From: Naegleria gruberi
Taxonomy: Eukaryota
Assembly (NCBI GenBank): GCA_000004985.1
Contig: GG738898.1
Direction: 5' to 3' (one strand)
DNA length: 64,000 nt
Part shown: positions 44,140-54,151 of the stretch, piece after piece
Position numbering within the stretch: position 1 is the first letter of the stretch
Layout of the letters: the number at the start of each line of letters is the position of its first letter
Position numbers and translations under genes: made by a program
The notes under the pieces: generated by a model
What the model was told of the DNA's origin: nothing
What the model saw: the letters and a program-made list of their open reading frames with translations, nothing else
The model's database searches: none

Positions 44140-46108
44140 TCACCAATTTGACACTCTACCAAAATGGGTATACTTTTTGTGATTGATAAGGAGTTTAGGA
44201 AAACCCACAGCTTTCTCAACTGTCTGAATTGCCCATTCCAAACCATCAGATAGACCTAGACCAGTAATTGCACAACACGATTGAACATACCATTTTTGCC
44301 TAAATGTATGTAATTTCAGCAGTGAAACCAATTCAACACGACTCATAGATGTAGATATATCTTGTTTGTTAGCAAACACTAGAATAGGACAATTTTTGAG
44401 CTCATCATCTTTGAGTATTCTGTTTAGGTCATCAGTTGCTTCCTGAAGTCTCTGTCTATCATTCGAATCCAGCACGAACAGTATGCAGTCAGTATTGCTC
44501 AAGTAATGTTTCCAAACCTTTTGTGGACTTCGGTTCTTTTCATTCCCGCCAATATCCCACTAGAATTTTAAAAGTAAATTTCAAATATTTTCCAAAAACC
44601 TCAACTTACAATGCAAATTTCAGCAGTGCCACGTTCCAAGGTTTCAACATTGAAGCCAATGGTGGGTGTCTAAACGAAACTAATTAATGAATAGATTAAA
44701 TTTCACTTACAGTAACTCCAGGTTCTCCACTTTTAAATTGGTTTAGAATTGTGGTCTTACCAGATGAATCAAGGCCAAGTAATAGGAATCTAAGCTTTGT
44801 ATTAATATAATTAACCTTTTCAGGAATTTTTTGAATGAGATATTTCTTCCAAAGCTCATCAGGTATGACACGTTCTTTCCTAAACATGTAAATGTGTAAC
44901 AGATCCTGTATCTCTTCAATCAAGCTCTCAAATTGTGGCATTGACTTTCTAATTCCAATAAATATGAGACAGAATGAGTAGAGGATTTCGTAATCACACA
45001 AACTCCAATCATATTTCCTCAATAATCCATATGCATCTTTGAATCTATTTTCAATATCTTGAAGCATCCACATTACTATATATGCCATTTTGTTTCCTTC
45101 CACTTTAGAAAAATGAGGAGAATCTATCAAACCTTCAAATAATTCCAATGGAAGTGATGAAACAATCTTTAACACAGGTACATATAATAGTGCTAATAGT
45201 AATTGAGTTAACTTTTTTGAAATCATGATATTATCAAGGAATGGATAATACTTAATAAGTAATTTTGGATTTTCCATGTATTTCTTTTCATCCTCATCAT
45301 TTGCATATTCCAATTTCTCTCCACGATATACTGTATCAGAAATAACACATGATGAATTATAACCCAACATGTAGCAAACCTTAGGTATGATAATATCCTT
45401 GCAATCAGCTGAAAATTCCAAACATCTGAGTCCAATAGTGAGGGCATTGAATTGATTTACAACTCGTGAAATAGCTCTGATTAAACTTTCAATTTGATAT
45501 TCGTCAGCAATTTTCAATAATTCCAATAAATCTTTCCATCCAATAATTCTTGCATCATTTTCATTGAATAATCGTTTAGAAAGTCCTAACTTTCCTACGT
45601 GAATAAATTCAATCACCATTTCAAAATAATCACACCACGATTTTTCACAATTTTGTAAAGTCATTTCGTTTGATTTCGACTCGGCCATTTCAATATTTAA
45701 CATTGCTTCAAAAACCTTGCTTTCCAACATGATTAATTCTCTAGAAACCAATAATTTCTTTCTAATTTCAGGTATGTGAATTGTAAAATAAATAGTTTCT
45801 TTCTTAGTTTCTAATAGATTAAACTTTTTAATTAGAAAACTATTCTCTGAATCATCATGACATTGCTCAACTTTAAACAAATCATGATAAATTTTCGGAG
45901 AGTTGTTGTTAGCTGATGTCAATTGATCCTCTTCATCTCTCATCAAGTAGTAATACATTGAATTTTGGACCTTTCGAATAGCAACTTCATTGTGTTGGTC
46001 ACTGAAAAAGCCATCTTCCAATCCACTTCCTTCTTTACAGTACCAATGTGACCACGAATCCAATAGAAATTCATCATCATTCATTTTTTCAATTATGAAA
46101 TTGATCAT
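44140..46108 (-). CDS. BTB/POZ-domain N-terminal region (~440 aa) fused to an ARF/ARL-family GTPase. Exons (minus strand) are 46108..44711, 44669..44610 and 44559..44140; introns are 44710..44670 and 44609..44560, both GTAAGT..TAG.
   Basis: BTB-like 'IYFTIHIPEIRKKLLVSRELIMLESKVFEAMLN'. The ARF motifs are G1 'LLGLDSSGKTTIL', 'T|PTIGFNVETLERGTAEICI|WDIGGNEKNRSPQKVW', 'LVFANKQD' and 'CAITGLGLSDGLEWA'. Switch II is DIGGN rather than DxGGQ. Confidence 0.8.
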
Positions 46109-46275
46109 CGTTTTATGAAGTGATGTGCTTTAATATTTTGTTATTTACGTGGCAATGATGTGCAAGATCATTTTGCAATTAGATTAATATTGTAAACAAA
46201 GTGATAATTTATTTTACAATCATAGAATAATCTATCTGTACATTTTTATAAGAAACAAACTTTACAAAATCACAT

Positions 46276-46512
46276 CTAATCCGATCCACCAAGGAGACGC
46301 AACACCAAATGAATAGTAGCATCCTGTCTGACACCATACTCATTCAAAGTTCTATCATCTTGCATTTGTTTACCAGAGTAGATGAGTGATTGTGATTCAG
46401 TTTTGATTCCCTCCTTCATAAAGATCTTTTCCTTCAGGTGAGAAACTCTATCATTACCTTCAACTCTCAGAGCAATGGTTTTGGAGGTGATACTCTTTAC
46501 GAAAATGTCCAT
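46276..46512 (-). CDS. Divergent ubiquitin-like protein (78 aa) ending in LRLLGG-SD.
   Basis: 'MDIFVKSITSKTIALRVEGNDRVSHLKEKIFMKEGIKTESQSLIYSGKQMQDDRTLNEYGVRQDATIHLVLRLLGGSD' has the ubiquitin beta-grasp pattern (about 35-40% identity to ubiquitin by eye) with a di-Gly before a 2-aa tail. Codon usage is biased to ttc/atc/aag/ggt. Confidence 0.75.
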   Translation of the reverse strand: MDIFVKSITSKTIALRVEGNDRVSHLKEKIFMKEGIKTESQSLIYSGKQMQDDRTLNEYGVRQDATIHLVLRLLGGSD

Positions 46513-46658
46513 CTTGTTATTTGTTTTGTTTTTTTTGAGTTTGTTGATTTCAAGTTGGAAACACATTTGCGACTTTTTATTGGAATTTTTTGGTTCTATT
46601 GCGCGGTGGAAGCGAAATTTCGTTTTCTGTGGTTTTCAGGATTTTGTAAATTTTACCT

Positions 46659-47552
46659 TCACCAAATGAACTTTTCAAAGTCGAGTTTGTGGTTTGTGAA
46701 TTGGGAAGTAAGTGGTTTGTTGGTAAATGAAAACTCTCTAAAAGAAACTTCCGGGTCCATGTAACTAATTGCCTTCTCAATGATAATATCCCATTCATCG
46801 TTCGTTAGTTTCAATTCTTTCAAAGTTATTGATAATTCAGCATTTATGCCATCATTGCTATGTTTTAAATATAACTGAGTCCAAGTTGAAAACCTTACCA
46901 TTCCTAGCTCTCCAAACTCAATTTCAAAACAATGACCTTTATAGGCATACAAACCAATGTTGTCTCCCTCGTCATAGTCAAATCTTGTAATTTTTGGGAT
47001 GGCATTCGAAAAGTTTTCTGACTGTTGATCGATTTTACTCAGCTCAGCTTTGAAAATTCCAGTCTTTTTGCTGTTAAAAACGAACTCAATTTCTTTTTCA
47101 ACTTTCCCAAATACTAAAGTTACAGCGTTTTTTGCAAACTCACCGACAATAGCTTTATCAGCCAATGAATAGGAATTGACTTTAAAGGAATGATTAAGCT
47201 TAATAAGCATGTTATAAACTATTCCGTAAGGTGTGTTTTTCCAAACTCTTCTAAATTGCTTAGAAACTGACGAAACACTGATTGTGCATTCTGAAGGGAG
47301 ATAATTCAATATTTCTTTAACAACTTCATCTGGCTGATTACCTAAAAGTATGGCCATTCTGTTGCAAACCGGTACGGTTTCTTCTTCTTGTTTTTGTTTC
47401 TTACAGTTATTTTGCTCACTTTCGGAAATGTATTTTCGTTTAAAACCATTAGTTTGCTCTTCTTCTAATGAACCAACATCCGTTTCATATTCTTCCCTTA
47501 ATACACAATCATCATTCATATTACTTTGCTCGACCTTTGCAAATTTGGACAT
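46659..47552 (-). CDS. Hypothetical F-box-like protein, paralog A of a tandem pair.
   Basis: 'ILNYLPSECTISVSSVSKQFRRVWKNTPYGIVY', 'QSENFSNAIPKITRFDY', 'FEIEFGELGMVRF' and 'NDEWDIIIEKA' are shared with 47606..48430. Confidence 0.65.
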   Translation of the reverse strand: MSKFAKVEQSNMNDDCVLREEYETDVGSLEEEQTNGFKRKYISESEQNNCKKQKQEEETVPVCNRMAILLGNQPDEVVKEILNYLPSECTISVSSVSKQFRRVWKNTPYGIVYNMLIKLNHSFKVNSYSLADKAIVGEFAKNAVTLVFGKVEKEIEFVFNSKKTGIFKAELSKIDQQSENFSNAIPKITRFDYDEGDNIGLYAYKGHCFEIEFGELGMVRFSTWTQLYLKHSNDGINAELSITLKELKLTNDEWDIIIEKAISYMDPEVSFREFSFTNKPLTSQFTNHKLDFEKFIW

Positions 47553-47605
47553 TTTTTTAAAAAAATAAAAGGAATCTGATATATTTAGTTGAAGAGCTGA
47601 TGATA

Positions 47606-48430
47606 CTATGGTATTTCCAATTCATGCCCAGTAAATACTGATTTACCCATATCATCGTAATAGTCAAAGTCCTCAAACTCTTGACATGAATCAATATAAT
47701 CACTTGCTTGTCCAATAATTATATCCCATTCTTCATTTGTTAACTCTAAACCTTTCAGTTCTGCAGATATTCCATGATAGGAAGAACCCTCTTCATACTT
47801 GCTATATGGATCCCATCCCCAAAATCTAACCATTCCCAGTTCTCCAAATTCAATTTCAAAGCCAGCAGCTTTACACACAAGTGTTCCATAGTCCATTTTG
47901 CTTGTTCTTTCATAATCAAATCCAGTAATTTTTGAAATGGCATTTGAAAAGTTTTCTGACTGTTTTTTGGTTTTTCTTAGTTCACTAATTAGCCGATCTG
48001 CCTTTCGTAAATGAAATAAATTCTTCTTTTCTCTTTTATATTGATCCATTACTCCTAAAACAATTTCTTTTGTAAATTTTCTACAATCAACTTTGTCATC
48101 CAATGAATAAGAATGTTTCTTAAAGGAATAGTTCAATTGAATGACCATGGTATAAACTATTCCATGAGGAGTTTGTTTCCAAGCTCTTCTAAATTGTTGA
48201 GAAACGCTCGAAGCTTGAATCGAAGATTTGTAATTCATAAAGTTTAGTATTTGTTCAATAATTTCATCTGGTTGACTTCCGAGAAGTGTTTGCATTCCTA
48301 AATATTCCTTTTTGCTTTTCTTGTAATACGAATATTCATGTTTAAAAACATATTTTCTTTTTGTGGTTTTTTCTTGCTCATACGAATAGTCGTCAGAATC
48401 GCTCGAGCATGATGAATCACTTTCAGACAT
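47606..48430 (-). CDS. Hypothetical F-box-like protein, paralog B of the tandem pair.
   Basis: 'ILNFMNYKSSIQASSVSQQFRRAWKQTPHGIVY', 'QSENFSNAISKITGFDY', 'FEIEFGELGMVRF' and 'NEEWDIIIGQA'. Confidence 0.65.
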   Translation of the reverse strand: MSESDSSCSSDSDDYSYEQEKTTKRKYVFKHEYSYYKKSKKEYLGMQTLLGSQPDEIIEQILNFMNYKSSIQASSVSQQFRRAWKQTPHGIVYTMVIQLNYSFKKHSYSLDDKVDCRKFTKEIVLGVMDQYKREKKNLFHLRKADRLISELRKTKKQSENFSNAISKITGFDYERTSKMDYGTLVCKAAGFEIEFGELGMVRFWGWDPYSKYEEGSSYHGISAELKGLELTNEEWDIIIGQASDYIDSCQEFEDFDYYDDMGKSVFTGHELEIP

Positions 48431-48485
48431 TTTTTAAAGATATTCGCAAAATTTAATAATTATAATTGAAAAATAGTTCTAAAAA

Positions 48486-48519
48486 TGGAGTCATAGGGAA
48501 TCGAACTAGACCTTCTGCA

Positions 48520-48550
<31 letters not shown>

Positions 48551-48556
48551 AACCCC
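48486..48556 (-). tRNA. tRNA-Ala (anticodon UGC), Pol III gene with a T5 terminator immediately downstream at 48485..48481. The T-arm is atypical.
   Basis: Minus strand 5'-GGGGTTA TA GCTC AGTTGGTA GAGC G TCTGC TTTGCAT GCAGA AGGTCTAGTTCGATTCCCTA TGACTCC A-3'. The acceptor has the Ala identity pair G3:U70. The D-arm and anticodon arm match eukaryotic tRNA-Ala. The T-arm as written gives only a 3-bp stem, so it is either a sequence error or a pseudogene variant. Confidence 0.75.
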
Positions 48557-48825
48557 TCATTATAATTGCTTATAAATTGTGTATTTGAGTAACATTAAAG
48601 ACAATGTCCATACCCAGAACTTGTTTTGAGCTTGCAACTTTTGAAAGTATTAAAAAAATAATCACAACTCATGCATGCTCCTTTAAAATATTGGAATTTC
48701 GAATCCTGTTCTTCATAGAAGATCTAAACTAGAACATGTTCTGAGAATTTAATGAGAATAATTTAATTCTCAATCGCTAAGACTTTAAATGCTGTTCACA
48801 CATTCGAATAAATCACATAAAAAAA

Positions 48826-49869
48826 ATGACTCAAGTCAACCAAGGTTATACTGATCATTCATTCTCCGATGATGTTTGCTATGAAATATTGTCCTTCCTG
48901 GGTGATGATTGGAAATTCGTATTGACGAAATGTACATTAATTTCAAAACAATGGTTAGAAGTTATCAAGCAAAGATCAAAACTTTCTGCATGCTTCAGCA
49001 ATCCGAAGGTCAACCGTGTGATGGAAAAGGGATTTTTACATTATTTCGTCAAGATTAAGTTTAAAAGCGTTTATAAACTAAATGATGAATGGTTTGATGT
49101 TTTTGAAAAGATGAATCAATTGACTGAGCTTCAAATTGATTGGGTTAGAGAAATAGATTTGAAAAGAATTGTTGATTTGAAACAGTTGACAAAGCTTTCT
49201 GTTTGTTCTTGTACTGAAGATGTGGAACAGGTTAAACTTATTGGTGAAATGAAACAATTGACTGAATTGAAAATATCTTCCAACAAATTTGGCGATGAAG
49301 GAGCAAAAATTATTGGTGGAATGACACAGTTGACTAAATTAGAAATTAAAAGTAACAGAATTGGAAAATTGGGTGCAAAAGCATTGTGTAATTTGAAAGA
49401 ACTGAAAGAACTACGTATCTCTGAGAATGCTCTTGGAGCAAGTGGAGCCAAATCAATCAGTCAATTGAAACAATTAACCACCCTCACAATTGATTACAAT
49501 CAATTGGGTCCAGAAGGAGCCAAAGCAATTAGTGAAATTCCAAACTTGACCAATTTGAGTATATGCAGCGATCAGATAGGTGCTGCAGGTGCTAAATCAA
49601 TAAGCAAAATGAAACAATTATTAACACTCAGTGCAGATGGAAACGCTATTGGCGATAAAGGAGCAAAGGCAATTGGTGAAATGAAACAATTGACCAGTCT
49701 TCATCTTAGTTTCAATCATATTGGTTTTGAGGGTGCTAAAGCAATTTCTGAGCTTAAAAACTTGAGATATCTCAATATGACAACCAATCCGCTCAGTAGT
49801 GAAGGTGCTCAATTACTTCAAAATATGAAATTGCCAAAACTTATAATTGATTTCAAATTTCAAAATTAA
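48826..49869 (+). CDS. F-box / LRR (RNI-like) protein, paralogous to 20000..21403.
   Basis: F-box 'DDVCYEILSFLGDDWKFVLTKCTLISKQWLEVI', then repeats 'NxIGxEGAKAISEMKQLTxL'. Confidence 0.8.
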   Translation: MTQVNQGYTDHSFSDDVCYEILSFLGDDWKFVLTKCTLISKQWLEVIKQRSKLSACFSNPKVNRVMEKGFLHYFVKIKFKSVYKLNDEWFDVFEKMNQLTELQIDWVREIDLKRIVDLKQLTKLSVCSCTEDVEQVKLIGEMKQLTELKISSNKFGDEGAKIIGGMTQLTKLEIKSNRIGKLGAKALCNLKELKELRISENALGASGAKSISQLKQLTTLTIDYNQLGPEGAKAISEIPNLTNLSICSDQIGAAGAKSISKMKQLLTLSADGNAIGDKGAKAIGEMKQLTSLHLSFNHIGFEGAKAISELKNLRYLNMTTNPLSSEGAQLLQNMKLPKLIIDFKFQN

Positions 49870-50165
49870 ATTTAAATCCATTTTCGTCTCCAGATAATTA
49901 AAAAATCTGTTAAGCCAAAGTGTTTAAGGAAGAAACTTGACAAATAAACTTTAAAAACCTAGCAGAGTCTCTTTTTATTACATGAATTAGCATATTTACA
50001 AATTCTATCGATACAATCCATAGAATATTCCATAAAATACACTACTTTACAATTTCTTGTTCTTGAAAATTAAAACTTTTTAAAATTATTCTATTTATCC
50101 AACAGCCGTTCCGAGAATTCATCAATCTTATTTAATATTACATTGTATTTAAATTATATTAAAAA

Positions 50166-51440
50166 ATGTCTCAAAAGTATCCTCTTCTTCTCCGATTTCT
50201 CTACTCTCCATCAAAATTAGAGGAAAAACTCTACTTTATTAGAAGTTTTAAATTATTAAAACTTCATGAACAGCAACAACAATCCAACAAGAAGCAACAA
50301 CACACTCCCTATGTTTTATTTAATGACTTTCCGACATCATCAACAAAATTATTTTCGAACAGTCAAAATTTGATTGCAAAACAAGTGGAAAATTTGTTAT
50401 TTAAATGGAAGGAAGTTGATATTTCACATGAAACTAGTATTGAAACATTTAATCATCAACAATCTCAATTCCAAAATTCCGAAAGAGAATATTCTCAAAT
50501 AGAGATGGATGCCGAGTTCTTTAAAAGTCGTAAACAAAGTAATTTTGAATTGAGTAATCAAATGGAAGCAAATAAGAAAATTCCACATCCACTCTTTGAA
50601 AAATCCTCAATTTCATCTCTTCACAATGAACCTAATGAAAAGGCAAAATTACAAGTGGAAATTTTACAACGAATGGAAAAGCAAAGATTGAACATTCTCT
50701 CAAAGAAGGTCCATGATGAATTAGGATGGTGTCCAATGATTGATAATTCCTCAGATATTCTCTACATGAAAGGTCACTGTAAGAAGGGTAGTGTTATTGG
50801 ATTTTATCCTGGAATGGTCTATTCAGTCGCTCAATTGAAAAAAGCTGAGGAAAAGTTCTTGAAAATTACAAAAGGAGACTCATCCATTGATCGATACAAC
50901 AGGAGCATGTTACAACCCTATCTTCAAAAGTCAAATCAGCCTCAGTTTTATATTAATGGTAACTTGGAGAATGAAATCTTCTTTAATACCATGTATAATC
51001 ATGATGAAATATTCAATGATGCTACTCTTTCCTTCAATAATGATGATGAAGATGATGGCCATCATAAGAATAATAGAAAACAAGCAGAAGGAGCTGGTAG
51101 CAATCTATCTAAACGTTTATCCAATGTACTAGAAGGAGAAGAGGAAAACTTTGAAAAGTATGGATGTTATTTGGCTTCACGTTTTCTTCATCCCTTCTCA
51201 CTAATGAACAAATCCTTCTTTTCCAATACTTCGAGAAAGATATCAGCCAATGTATTAGCCTTCCCTTTTGTTGTTCCAATGTCGTTGGATCCTTCACTTT
51301 TTGCCTACATTCCTAATCGTGTTGTTGATGATAAGAGATCACTGCTATCAGGTACTGGTTTGATGCAGGGTGTTGTTTATATTGCGGATAGGGATTTGTA
51401 TGATGAGCCTATCATCAGAGAGTCGTTTGTTGTTGAATAA
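50166..51440 (+). CDS. Hypothetical protein of 424 aa.
   Basis: Long ORF with a Gln/Asn-rich N-terminus and a conserved-looking core 'GHCKKGSVIGFYPGMVYSVAQL'. Confidence 0.5.
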   Translation: MSQKYPLLLRFLYSPSKLEEKLYFIRSFKLLKLHEQQQQSNKKQQHTPYVLFNDFPTSSTKLFSNSQNLIAKQVENLLFKWKEVDISHETSIETFNHQQSQFQNSEREYSQIEMDAEFFKSRKQSNFELSNQMEANKKIPHPLFEKSSISSLHNEPNEKAKLQVEILQRMEKQRLNILSKKVHDELGWCPMIDNSSDILYMKGHCKKGSVIGFYPGMVYSVAQLKKAEEKFLKITKGDSSIDRYNRSMLQPYLQKSNQPQFYINGNLENEIFFNTMYNHDEIFNDATLSFNNDDEDDGHHKNNRKQAEGAGSNLSKRLSNVLEGEEENFEKYGCYLASRFLHPFSLMNKSFFSNTSRKISANVLAFPFVVPMSLDPSLFAYIPNRVVDDKRSLLSGTGLMQGVVYIADRDLYDEPIIRESFVVE

Positions 51441-51594
51441 AAACAACTTGCTCTCTATGTTGTGCGTTGTTGTTCAAGCAATTTTATTGTTGTGAGGTAA
51501 AATGCCTTGAGAAAATTTCCATTGTAATGAGCAAAAATGCCAAGACAACTAGGTATTATTTAGAAATTTTGTTGAAAAAAAAAATACAGTCAAG

Positions 51595-52095
51595 ATGTCC
51601 ATCGAACTTTCCGTTCAAAACCAAAGAGCTTTCCAAAAGCAAGAATCCGTCTTCTTGGGTAACAAGAGAGGTTTGTTGAAGAAACTTAAGGATGGTAAGA
51701 TTACTGACCAAGAAAGAAGAAAGGTCAGATTCTTCAAGAACATTGGTCTCGGTTTCTCCACCCCAAAGACTGCTATTCAAGGACAATACATTGACAAGAA
51801 GTGTCCATTCACTGGTAACGTCTCCATCAGAGGTAGAATTTTGAGAGGTGTTGTCAAGTCCCACAAGATGGCCAGAACCCTCATCGTCAGAAGAGACTAC
51901 TTGAAGTACGAAAAGAAGTATAACAGATATGAAAAGAGACACAAGAACGTTGCTGCTCACATTTCTCCAGCTTTCGAAGCTCACGAAGGTGATGTTGTTG
52001 TCATTGGTGAATGTAGACCATTGTCCAAGACTGTCAGATTCAACGTTGTCAAGGTTGAAAAGAAGGGTTCCAAGAAGTCTTTCGAATTGTTCTAA
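51595..52095 (+). CDS. RPS11: 40S ribosomal protein S11 (uS17).
   Basis: 'KRGLLKK...[50 protein letters not shown]...[22 protein letters not shown]'. Codon bias is strong (aag, ttc, aga, ggt, gtc). Confidence 0.95.
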   Translation: MSIELSVQNQRAFQKQESVFLGNKRGLLKKLKDGKITDQERRKVRFFKNIGLGFSTPKTAIQGQYIDKKCPFTGNVSIRGRILRGVVKSHKMARTLIVRRDYLKYEKKYNRYEKRHKNVAAHISPAFEAHEGDVVVIGECRPLSKTVRFNVVKVEKKGSKKSFELF

Positions 52096-52223
52096 ATTGA
52101 CTAAATCATAAAAAAAACTATTTAAAATCAACTCTTTCCTATTATTATTCATTAATGATACTTTTTCACTAATAATAATTATCGAAAATCTTAATCTTCT
52201 TAACTTTATAAAATCTCACTTTA

Positions 52224-53999
52224 TTACTGAACTGATTTGAAATCTAAAATAATTCTTATTGCACCAGCAGCAAGGATAACAAGTGGTGCAGGAATATCAT
52301 AAACAGATAACATTAAAATACTGAACACAACAGTACATGCTGAGGCAATATGCAAGTTTGGAACACTTCCCAACCATAAAATGTAAACAGCAGTGAAAAC
52401 AAATCCGACAGAGGTTGCATTAACACCTTTGAGAATACTCTTAACAATTTGCTTCTGTCTATATCTGTGCCAGAATGGTAAAGCTCCCCAAACGAAAAGG
52501 AATGCAGGTAAAAACAATGCTACCCAACAAATGACGGCACCAACCACATCACCCATAATACCTCCAACATAGGCAGAAATATTGAACATTGGTCCAGGTA
52601 AGGCACTTTGTAAGGCAAAACCATTCAAGAATGAATCCTCTGTCAAATAACCCAATTCTGAAAATTCATTCAAAATCATTGGTAAAACAACATGACCTCC
52701 ACCAAATATCAAACTTCCAATTCTGTAAAATCCTTCTGCCCATTCAAGTGGTGGATATTTCACAGAAATACGAGCAATAAACAATCCAAATAAGAGGACA
52801 AAGAATATTGTCAAGAAGATTATACCCATGAATGGTCTCATTGGTAGTGGAAGTTTGGTTTCTTCAACTGTTGGTGATGCTGTTGTAGGTGGCAAGTCTT
52901 GTTCGTCCTCTTCTTCCTTTGGTGGATTGGATTCCAAATCAGCTGCATCTTCTTCATTTCTAAGGAGTTGTGGTTCAGATTCGGCTCCTGTTTCTTCCAA
53001 TTCAAATGAAGAATCACTTGTTGTTCTATTGTTGCCACGTCTCTTCAGCTTACTGAGCTTTTCACTGATATACTGCTTGAACTCTTTGATATTCATAATA
53101 AATACACGTGCAAAGAACTTGGCGGATGCAAAGAAACCTTTTGGTTTTCTCAATCCGTGCTCCTTGATTGTTCTCTGATAGAATATTTGGGTATATTCAA
53201 ATACTACATTGATAAATCCTCCACAAAACATGACAATTAAAACAGTATACCATTTTTGCCAAATGATAAATACTGCAAATGCAGCAATTAATAATGTTCT
53301 TGAAATCCTATCAGTGGTCAATCGTGATGATAACGTATATGCTGCATGAAGTACAATTGAGACAGCAGCACATGAAAATCCATTCAAAGCAACTTTCAAA
53401 TAATATGGAAACATTTCAGTGACATTTTGATCCTTTAACAAAACACCAGCACAGGCCATAATAATAGCAGTCGGTAAAGCAAAGAAAATAAATGATAATA
53501 ATCCTCCCAAATAACCAGCATGAATTGTACCAAGAGCAATCACTAATTGTGTACTAGTTGGTCCAGGTAATGATTGACAAACAGCAAACAATTCAGTAAA
53601 TTGTTCAAGAGTAACCCATTGCCTTTTCGTCACAAAATTCTCCTGTAAAATTGAAATATGTGCAGCTGGCCCACCAAAACTCAACAATCCCAAAGGAATC
53701 ATCGATGATGTAATATCCCATAATTTTAATAAATAACCTAAAAAGAAAGTTCTTCTCAATCTTTGTATTCTGGATTCCGGTTGAATATTTGGTAATGGTG
53801 ATTGTTGTTGGTCCTCTTCATCTTCATTATTAATTGATATTGTATGATGATGATTGTATTCTTGTTGTTGTTGTTCATCTTCCTCGATTATTATTTCTTC
53901 CTCATTATTATCCGATGATGATCCAATCACATTCTGTCTATTGATGATAATGTTCGATTCTCTTGGAATGTTTCCTTCCTCATCATGAAGGCTTTGCAT
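52224..53999 (-). CDS. Chromate ion transporter (CHR family).
   Basis: 'LGLLSFGGPAAHISILQENFVTKRQWVTLEQFTELFAVCQSLPGPTSTQLV', and a second half 'GSLIFGGGHVVLPMILNEF...FLNGFALQSALPGPMFN', which is the two-repeat CHR topology. There is an acidic insertion in the middle. Confidence 0.85.
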   Translation of the reverse strand: MQSLHDEEGNIPRESNIIINRQNVIGSSSDNNEEEIIIEEDEQQQQEYNHHHTISINNEDEEDQQQSPLPNIQPESRIQRLRRTFFLGYLLKLWDITSSMIPLGLLSFGGPAAHISILQENFVTKRQWVTLEQFTELFAVCQSLPGPTSTQLVIALGTIHAGYLGGLLSFIFFALPTAIIMACAGVLLKDQNVTEMFPYYLKVALNGFSCAAVSIVLHAAYTLSSRLTTDRISRTLLIAAFAVFIIWQKWYTVLIVMFCGGFINVVFEYTQIFYQRTIKEHGLRKPKGFFASAKFFARVFIMNIKEFKQYISEKLSKLKRRGNNRTTSDSSFELEETGAESEPQLLRNEEDAADLESNPPKEEEDEQDLPPTTASPTVEETKLPLPMRPFMGIIFLTIFFVLLFGLFIARISVKYPPLEWAEGFYRIGSLIFGGGHVVLPMILNEFSELGYLTEDSFLNGFALQSALPGPMFNISAYVGGIMGDVVGAVICWVALFLPAFLFVWGALPFWHRYRQKQIVKSILKGVNATSVGFVFTAVYILWLGSVPNLHIASACTVVFSILMLSVYDIPAPLVILAAGAIRIILDFKSVQ

Positions 54000-54151
54000 T
54001 TTTTTGTAATTACGAAAAAAATCTTTTATTTAAAGTACCAATAGTATTAATGCATTACAATAAACTTTTTTATTATATAACAAGAATATATAATATTATT
54101 CATTCCGATACTTTGAGTTTCATATTGGCTATTAGATAATATATCATCATC

